From contig JAUHYD010000004.1 of NCBI GenBank assembly GCA_030426665.1, positions 105,598-169,597 of the forward strand: DNA of 64,000 nucleotides. The letters are read 5' to 3'. The stretch comes from Bacteroidia bacterium. Its GTDB lineage: Bacteria; Bacteroidota; Bacteroidia; Chitinophagales; Chitinophagaceae. This document shows positions 57,115 through 64,000 of the stretch, in pieces. The notes beneath the pieces are model-generated. The model was not told the DNA's origin, ran no database searches, and worked only from the letters and a program-made list of their open reading frames with translations. The first letter of the stretch is position 1. Each line of letters starts with the position of its first letter. The position numbers and the translations under genes were made by a program.

Positions 57115-59145
57115 GTGAGTTTTTTATATCCGTTTTTTCTGGTTGCCGGTGTATCGTTGGCTCTGCCTGTACTGATACACCTTTTTAACCTCCGTAAGTA
57201 TAAAACGGTATTGTTCCCCCATACCCGTTTCCTAAGAAATATACAGCTAAACAGCCGCAGGCAGTCGCAAATAAGGTATAAGGCACTGCTCCTTACCAGG
57301 TTGTTGTTTCTGGCATTGCTGATTCTGGCGTTTGCGCAGCCTTTCTTTAATAATAGAGATATGGCTACTCAGGGCGAGCGGCTGCAAGTGATATATTTAG
57401 ACAACTCCTACAGTATGTCGGCAAGCAAGGGAGTGCGGAGCATGCTGGATATAGCCAGAGATGCAGCTATAAAGCAAGTACGCAATGCGAAGCCCGACAC
57501 CAGATTTGTATTACTCACCAATGATAAGCCTGTCAACTATCATTCTGATCAGGCAGACAAAATACTCAGCGATATACAACGCGTGGAGGTTACTGCGGCC
57601 AAGGGTGGAGCAAACAAAGCGTTGGCGACAACACAGGGCATCCTGAAAAATGAAGGTGCAGACGGTGCAGACATATACTACTATTCTGATTTTCAGGAAA
57701 ATGGTTTTCCGAAGCCACCACACAAAGAGCTGATGGATCGCATACGGTTTTTTGGCGTACCGGTGCAACCCGAGGGTGTACAAAACGTATATATAGACAC
57801 CTCGTTTCTGACAACTCCGGTATTACAGGCAGACAAAAGTAACTATGTGGTTGTTCGTACCCGCTCGTCCGGAGCAACACCTAAAGAAAACCCGGTTTTG
57901 AGCCTGTCTGTAAACGGTCAGGTGAAAAGTGCCGCTTCTCTTGACTTTTCTGATAAGCAGGAAAGTGTAGATACACTTAGTTTTCAGGTTAACGATGCCG
58001 GCTGGCAAGAGGTAAAACTGACGGTAAATGATGCATCGATGCGGTACGATGACACCTTCAGGATAGCAGCCAGATGTGCACCCAATTTATCGGTACTGGT
58101 GCTCAATGAAGGGCAGCTAAACCCATATATACAAGCAGCATTCAGGGCATACAACGGGTTCCGGCTCCACCAGGAGGACATCAGGAACATACCAACTGAG
58201 CGTAAGCAATACAACCTACTGATACTTAACGGAGTTACCGCCATAGATGAGCAAATGGGCAAAATGCTCAATGAGGCATTGGTGCAGGGGCAAAGTGTCT
58301 GCATATTTCCGGGTAAGACGGCCAACATACAGCTGCTGAATGAAGGGCTGAAGCAGATTGGCGATATTCAGATAGAGCGATTAGATACAACTTTGCAAAG
58401 TGCGAGCCTGCTACAGCAGGGTAGTGCACTCGTAAGAGATTTGTTTGATAAAATACCGGATAACGTACAATTGCCGGCAGCTAACTGGCACTATATAATT
58501 CGCGCCGGGCTTAGTGCTAACCAGCAAACTGTACTTGGTTTCAGAAACGGAGACCCGCTATTGGCAAGGTACACCCCTTCGGGTGGTCAATTGTACTTGT
58601 GTGCTTCTTCGGCAGACTTACAGGCAGGTAACTTTCCCGGAAGCTACTTTTTTACACCATTTCTGTATATGATGGCGATGCAAAGTGGCGGAGGCAGTGT
58701 TTTTGCAGTTACTTCCGGAAATGAAGCACCCGTATATCTGGCACTAAACGATGCGGTGGAACGCAATACGATACACGCTTACGGTGCAGGGGTGGATGTA
58801 ATACCTCCCCAGCGGTCGAGCGGAGCCGGTCTTAATGTGTATGTAGGGCAGGCGTTGCAGCAGCCGGGTTTCTATACATTGGCAGCACCGGGTACCGATA
58901 CTACAGAGGTTGCACTTAATCAGGATAATGGAGAGTCGCTTTTGTCATTTAGGGATATTCCTGCCTTGCGTAGCGAGTGGAAGGGTGACAATATAAAGTG
59001 GATGGATATTTCTGAAAGCGGGGGTATTACGGGACGCAGTAGTTATGGGGACTTTCCGCTTTGGAAAGTTTGTGTAATTTTAGCCCTTGTAATGTTGGCA
59101 GCCGAAACTTTCTTGCTTTCGAGAAAGAAAGTGAAAGCAGCTTGA
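57115..59145 (+). CDS. BatA N-terminal domain / vWA-like membrane protein
   Basis: PVLIHLFNLRKYKTVLFPHTRFL, LILAFAQP, YLDNSYSM and C-terminal LWKVCVILAL..LAAE. Confidence 0.88.
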   Translation: MSFLYPFFLVAGVSLALPVLIHLFNLRKYKTVLFPHTRFLRNIQLNSRRQSQIRYKALLLTRLLFLALLILAFAQPFFNNRDMATQGERLQVIYLDNSYSMSASKGVRSMLDIARDAAIKQVRNAKPDTRFVLLTNDKPVNYHSDQADKILSDIQRVEVTAAKGGANKALATTQGILKNEGADGADIYYYSDFQENGFPKPPHKELMDRIRFFGVPVQPEGVQNVYIDTSFLTTPVLQADKSNYVVVRTRSSGATPKENPVLSLSVNGQVKSAASLDFSDKQESVDTLSFQVNDAGWQEVKLTVNDASMRYDDTFRIAARCAPNLSVLVLNEGQLNPYIQAAFRAYNGFRLHQEDIRNIPTERKQYNLLILNGVTAIDEQMGKMLNEALVQGQSVCIFPGKTANIQLLNEGLKQIGDIQIERLDTTLQSASLLQQGSALVRDLFDKIPDNVQLPAANWHYIIRAGLSANQQTVLGFRNGDPLLARYTPSGGQLYLCASSADLQAGNFPGSYFFTPFLYMMAMQSGGGSVFAVTSGNEAPVYLALNDAVERNTIHAYGAGVDVIPPQRSSGAGLNVYVGQALQQPGFYTLAAPGTDTTEVALNQDNGESLLSFRDIPALRSEWKGDNIKWMDISESGGITGRSSYGDFPLWKVCVILALVMLAAETFLLSRKKVKAA

Positions 59146-59230
59146 GCGTAAACGACAGGTAGAAGCTGTTGCTTACCGAAAGATGCGAAGCTGTTTCGAT
59201 ACGGATATAATCAATTTTCAATTCAGTAGA

Positions 59231-60499
59231 ATGCAGGTACTTATTCGTAAGGCAAGGGTTTCCGACCCCGGTTCTCCGCACCACAACAAGGTTGTTGACC
59301 TGTTAGTGGAAAACGGAGTCATTGCAAAAATTGCTGCCAGCATAAAAGCTCCGGAAGCCACTGTAGTAAGTGCAAAGGGTTTGTGTGTAAGCTCCGGTTG
59401 GGTAGATATATTCGCAGATTACCGGGAGCCCGGATATGAGCATAAAGAAACGATTGCCTCTGGTCTGCGGACTGCCGCATCAGGTGGGTTTACCGATGTG
59501 TTGCTGGCACCCAACACGCAACCGGCACTTAGTTCGAAATCTGTAATACAATATATACGCCAACAAGCTGCCGGCAATATCGTGAATCTGCATCCTATAG
59601 GTACCGCAAGTAAAGACGCTGCCGGAAACGAGCTTGCCGAGATGCTGGATATGCGTACCAATGGTGCGATAGCATTTTCTGACGGATGGACTCCGATACA
59701 AAGTGCCAACCTGATGCTGAAAGCTCTGGAATATATTTCCGCCTTTGAGGGCACCTTAATTCAGATGCCGATAGACAGCGGACTGGCGGCAGGAGGGTTG
59801 ATGCATGAAGGAGTTGTGTCTACGGGATTAGGAATGGCAGGCATACCGGAACTGGCGGAAACGCTAATGGTGTACCGGGATATAGAGCTGGTTAGATATA
59901 CAGGTTCGAAACTACATATAACAGGTGTGACCACAGCGGCCTCGGTAGAGATGATAAGGAAGGCAAAAGCAGAAGGGCTCAATGTTACCTGCTCTGTTAC
60001 GCCATACCATCTTGCCCTGACGGATGAATCCCTGAAAGGATATGACAGTGTGTATAAGGTGTCGCCACCACTGCGTGGAGCAGCTGACCGACAAGCATTA
60101 ATAGCCGGACTAAAGGATGGTACGATTGACTGTATTGCCAGCCATCATAACCCGCATGAAGAAGATGCCAAAGCAAAAGAATTTGACTATGCCGCCGCAG
60201 GTATGGCAGTACAGGAGTCTGCCTACAATGTGGTTTGGGGTGCCGTAAGCAAAGTGATGGATATAGATCAGGTCGTGGCTACAATGTCTCGCTTGCCGAG
60301 AGCGATTTTCGGACTACCGGCTGCAACCATTGAAAAGGGCGGTATTGCTGCTCTTACATTGTTTACAACAGAAGGTTTGCACACTTTGAAGGCAGCCAAT
60401 GCTAAATCTACCGGAGTAAACAACCCCTTTATGGATGTAGCAATGACAGGTAAAGTAATAGGAGTAATCAACAATAATAAACTACACTTAAATAACTGA
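59231..60499 (+). CDS. pyrC: Dihydroorotase-like protein, probably catalytically inactive (PyrC')
   Basis: REPGYEHKETIASG..AA.GGFT.V...PNT is conserved, but the metal ligands are substituted (DIFAD for DxHxH, QMP, HITG, ASHH). Start set to ATG 59231. Confidence 0.8.
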   Translation: MQVLIRKARVSDPGSPHHNKVVDLLVENGVIAKIAASIKAPEATVVSAKGLCVSSGWVDIFADYREPGYEHKETIASGLRTAASGGFTDVLLAPNTQPALSSKSVIQYIRQQAAGNIVNLHPIGTASKDAAGNELAEMLDMRTNGAIAFSDGWTPIQSANLMLKALEYISAFEGTLIQMPIDSGLAAGGLMHEGVVSTGLGMAGIPELAETLMVYRDIELVRYTGSKLHITGVTTAASVEMIRKAKAEGLNVTCSVTPYHLALTDESLKGYDSVYKVSPPLRGAADRQALIAGLKDGTIDCIASHHNPHEEDAKAKEFDYAAAGMAVQESAYNVVWGAVSKVMDIDQVVATMSRLPRAIFGLPAATIEKGGIAALTLFTTEGLHTLKAANAKSTGVNNPFMDVAMTGKVIGVINNNKLHLNN

Positions 60500-60503
60500 T
60501 TTT

Positions 60504-61037
60504 ATGGAAGCACTATCTACCGCCGACCGCAATAAACTAGCCCTGAAATACGGATTAATTCTTGCCGCAATTTCTATTGTATTGTCAACCATAGCCAGCA
60601 TGACAGTGAACGTAAGTGCTGTTTATTATGGTATTTTCACTATTGTAAACTTTGTCCTGTTTGTAATTGTTTTAGGTCTGCTTGCGAAGTCTGTAAGAAA
60701 GGCAAATGGAGGGTATATAGAATTTAAGGAAATGTTCGGAGCTGTTTTTGTGATATTGCTGGTTGCAAGCGTATTAGGATATATTTACCACTACATCTAT
60801 ACAAGCTATATAGACCCCGACTTTAATCAAAAAATTATTGACGCGACAAAAGAACAGATGTCCAAGTTTGCTGCTGGAAGTGATGAGCTGGAAGAAGCAC
60901 TGGACAAAATAGACTCGGAAGAGGTTAAAGCCCCAAAATTCAGCATACTGGAAATGCTTCAGTCGCTTCTCTTTAACAGCCTGTTCGGATTGATAGTAGC
61001 TGCAATTGTAAAAAAGGCTAAACCTGTATTCGAATAA
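60504..61037 (+). CDS. DUF4199-like membrane protein
   Basis: Four TM segments, GGYIEFKE.FG and YTSYIDPDF. Confidence 0.8.
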   Translation: MEALSTADRNKLALKYGLILAAISIVLSTIASMTVNVSAVYYGIFTIVNFVLFVIVLGLLAKSVRKANGGYIEFKEMFGAVFVILLVASVLGYIYHYIYTSYIDPDFNQKIIDATKEQMSKFAAGSDELEEALDKIDSEEVKAPKFSILEMLQSLLFNSLFGLIVAAIVKKAKPVFE

Positions 61038-61600
61038 TGGACTCTATCGTCATTTTTGCGTCCGGAACAGGGACTAACGCCGCTGCCATCATTGCGTATT
61101 TTGAACAGACGCAAAGGGCAAAAGTATCATTGATAGTATGTAACAAACCCAATGCAGGGGTGCTGGAAATTGCAAATAACAAGCATATCCCATTTCTACT
61201 GACGGATAAGCATACCATACACGAAGCATTACTTATAGATCAGCTGCAAACATATAACCCATCGTTGATAGTGCTTGCCGGCTTTATGTGGAAGGTTCCC
61301 GACAGCATACTTAACGCTTTTCCGGGAAAAGTAATCAATATTCACCCTTCGTTACTACCTGCTTATGGTGGTAAAGGAATGTACGGACATCATGTACACA
61401 GCGCAGTATTGGCGGCGAAAGAAAAAGAATCCGGAATTACGATACACTATGTCAACGAAGCATATGACGAAGGGAATATTATCCTTCAGGCACGCTGCGA
61501 AGTAAAATCGTCCGACACGCCTGATACACTTGCCAATCGCATTCATAAGCTGGAACATTACTACTACCCTAGAGCTATCGAGTTTCTATTGAACAGGTAA
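61037..61600 (+). CDS. purN: Phosphoribosylglycinamide formyltransferase
   Basis: FASGTGTNA, VLAGFMW, INIHPSLLP.YGG.GMYG.HVH and SGITIHYV...YDEG. Confidence 0.95.
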   Translation: MDSIVIFASGTGTNAAAIIAYFEQTQRAKVSLIVCNKPNAGVLEIANNKHIPFLLTDKHTIHEALLIDQLQTYNPSLIVLAGFMWKVPDSILNAFPGKVINIHPSLLPAYGGKGMYGHHVHSAVLAAKEKESGITIHYVNEAYDEGNIILQARCEVKSSDTPDTLANRIHKLEHYYYPRAIEFLLNR

Positions 61601-62213
61601 TTTTTTGACGGACATATCCACATTTTATTTTCATTCTTAATTCCACAAACGGTGTCTGAAGTGGCTTGCAGGCGGTTGTTTCAGCGTGGGCAATATCACC
61701 GGTAGGCTAAACCTATCGAATACGCGGCAACTTAATACCTACTACTTTCGTTTGCTAAAACGAGCCCTGCTATGCATGGAGCAAAGCAGGCACAATAGCC
61801 ATGAAAGAAAATGCAAAACATCAGCAACCGGCTCCAAATCTCTAGATCTCGCAGCCAGTAGACATCTTGCAAATGAATAAGTTGTCCGGTAACCGAAACC
61901 GCCTAAGAAAACAGATAGTCTTCATATAGTTCGCTTTATTGTATACACGTAATTGCTGCCATCTTTCTTGGGTTAACCAGTATACTACGGGGGGATATGT
62001 ACTTTGCAAAAGAATTATTGGACACGCCATATAGTACACACCGACCTATTTATAGTTTTCGTGTATATTATCGCGACACACCCAACACATTCTGCCGTTT
62101 TTGCGTCTTATTAACTATATGGAATAAAGCAACCAGACCACCTATCGATTCCTTTCAATTTTATTGAATAATTTTATCATTAATTCAATTAGAAAATTTT
62201 TGCAAAAATACAT

Positions 62214-64000
62214 ATGCGTAAACTAATACTTTTAATAGCCGTCTGTATATTGGGTAGTATAGCCCACGCTCAGACACCCAATATGCAAGAGAAACTGTAC
62301 TACACTTGTAAGGTTTGGGGCTTTGTAAAGTATTACCATTCTGAGGTATCAATATGTAATGTCAATTGGGATAGCGTACTCATAGATGTATTGCCTGATG
62401 TTCGTGCAGCAAGTACGAGTACCGAGTTTAACGATGCGCTGATACACATGCTTGACGCTGCAGGACCAATGGCTCTTGCTACAACACCTTATTCAGACAC
62501 TTTTACAATTGCAAAATTGAAACAAAACCGTGACTGGTCATGGATATCAAGTCCGATCTTAAGAACAGATGTTCAAATATTGTTGGACACTATTAAGAAT
62601 AATTTCCGCAGACACCCTATTTGTTGGGTAGAAGTTAATCATGTCACCGGTTCTAATGCTGGTTTACTGAGATTCCCTTACGACAGCATATGCCTTAATG
62701 TCATTACCACTGTGACATTCCCGAGCATAGACAACAGATTGTTGATGTTCTTTAAATATTGGAATATTCTTCGCTACTTCAACCCATACAGCTATGTATT
62801 AGACACATCTTGGGATAGTACTTTATATAATCATGTTGAGCTCATTGCAAATGCAACAAATGACAAAGAGCTGTATTTGCAGTTGCTTAAAGTTATCAAA
62901 AACCTTGATGACGCTCACGCAGTTGACTTGACTTATAGTCCCTACAACCATAAACCCCCTGGCTATTACACGCCCGCTATCATGCTTCGGTTTGTTGAAG
63001 GAGAATATGTGGTACTCAGAACATTGGAGTCCGGAATAGAAGTAGGAGATGCTATTGTATCTGTTGACGGTTTGACAATGACACAGTGGGAAGATAGTCT
63101 TAGACAGTATTTTTCAGCGGGAAGCATGCCCATTTATCGAAGATATGTTTGGCGTCAGGTCTTAAAGAGAGCAACGTACCGTCAATTAGTGAATATAGTC
63201 TTAAAAGATAAAGAAGGGAACACATACGGTCGGTCATTTAAGTGTACAGACCCTAAGATTGAAGGCTATGAACTGTTTTCGAAATATTACTACGAGTATC
63301 CAGTTGACTCTCTTTTCGATATATCATGGACAACAATGCCCTGTGACATCGGATATATTAATATAGGCAATCTTGAATCACATGAATTGGATGTTGCCTA
63401 CGACAATTTGAAAAGCAAGGATATCGTTATTATCGATTTTAGAGGTTATCCCAAAACTTATATGGTACCGCTGTATGAAAAGTTTCTACCTAATAGACGT
63501 GCTGATGCAAAAATATTAATGCCAGACCTATTTTTTCCGGGGACTTTCTTCGAATATTTTCAAAGTATTGGAAACAATGGCAACCCAGATGCTTATACTG
63601 GTAAAATAATACTCCTGTTTGATGAAAACACGCAAAGTGCTGCTGAGCACGGCTGTATGATTCTCGAACTCATGCCTGATGTATTGAAAGTGGGTAGCCA
63701 TACAGCAGGAGCAGATGGTACAGTTTGTAGATTTAGATTAGCTCAGGATATATCCGTTGGATATACCGGACTTGGTATTTTTTATCCAAATGGCGACAGC
63801 ACACAACGAATAGGAATTGTCCCTGATACTGTAGTTGCTCATACCCGGTCTGCAATATACAGCCATAGAGACAATGTTTTAGAAAAGGCGCTTACTATAG
63901 CAGGCTGTGACTTATTCCTAAATACAAAAAATGTAAAGGCTTTACCACCTTCTATTAGCATCTACCCCAATCCAGCAAACGAAACTGTAACCATCGACAT
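62214..64000 (+). CDS. S41 family peptidase with a T9SS sorting domain (3'-truncated, absent from the ORF track)
   Basis: My translation is open from ATG 62214 to the window end: signal peptide, KVWGFVKYYH, a PDZ-like region, IIDFRGYP, ENTQSAAE, GSHTAGADG, RIGIVPD, then SIYPNPANE. Confidence 0.9.
   Translation, partial: MRKLILLIAVCILGSIAHAQTPNMQEKLYYTCKVWGFVKYYHSEVSICNVNWDSVLIDVLPDVRAASTSTEFNDALIHMLDAAGPMALATTPYSDTFTIAKLKQNRDWSWISSPILRTDVQILLDTIKNNFRRHPICWVEVNHVTGSNAGLLRFPYDSICLNVITTVTFPSIDNRLLMFFKYWNILRYFNPYSYVLDTSWDSTLYNHVELIANATNDKELYLQLLKVIKNLDDAHAVDLTYSPYNHKPPGYYTPAIMLRFVEGEYVVLRTLESGIEVGDAIVSVDGLTMTQWEDSLRQYFSAGSMPIYRRYVWRQVLKRATYRQLVNIVLKDKEGNTYGRSFKCTDPKIEGYELFSKYYYEYPVDSLFDISWTTMPCDIGYINIGNLESHELDVAYDNLKSKDIVIIDFRGYPKTYMVPLYEKFLPNRRADAKILMPDLFFPGTFFEYFQSIGNNGNPDAYTGKIILLFDENTQSAAEHGCMILELMPDVLKVGSHTAGADGTVCRFRLAQDISVGYTGLGIFYPNGDSTQRIGIVPDTVVAHTRSAIYSHRDNVLEKALTIAGCDLFLNTKNVKALPPSISIYPNPANETVTID

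Noticed and set aside
1-64000. The many short antisense or overlapping ORFs in the track (e.g. 5276-6046 -, 28297-28758 +, 42272-42748 -)
   Set aside because: They are shadows of well-supported genes on the other strand or frame, with no independent motifs.
1-64000. CRISPR array, tRNA/rRNA, IS element, retron/DGR reverse transcriptase
   Set aside because: No regularly spaced repeats, cloverleaf or rRNA-like tracts, transposase or RT motifs, or template/variable repeat pair near the fibre gene were seen by eye. Covariance and HMM scans were not run.

Overview
Chromosomal window from a Bacteroidota bacterium, probably Chitinophagaceae-like (inferred from several T9SS C-terminal sorting domains, TAnnTTTG promoters, AT-rich leaders without Shine-Dalgarno sites and a long-insert Rho). 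Most of it is housekeeping or ordinary accessory DNA: moxR, mreBCD, carB, a TPR hybrid kinase with a response regulator, rho, vapBC, bioA, a TetR-fabF pair divergent from a TolC/HlyD/ABC efflux operon, dps, an HTH-Zn-peptidase plus DUF4411 pair, folB, a pyrC-like pseudo-enzyme, purN and T9SS cargo proteins. The standout is an uninterrupted, single-strand phage-morphogenesis operon of about 13.4 kb (3816-17221). It encodes a prohead protease/scaffold, a major capsid protein, a holin/CHAP lysis cassette and a contractile tail set (sheath, tube, frameshifted chaperone, short tape measure, baseplate, fibre). I could recognise no portal, terminase, neck, integrase/transposase, replication or repressor gene in it. 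It lies between moxR and mreD, both lacking their usual downstream partners here, and it looks like a domesticated 'capsid plus tail without DNA packaging' system. All family assignments come from motif recognition by eye; no database search was run. No CRISPR array, tRNA, rRNA, IS or reverse transcriptase was seen.
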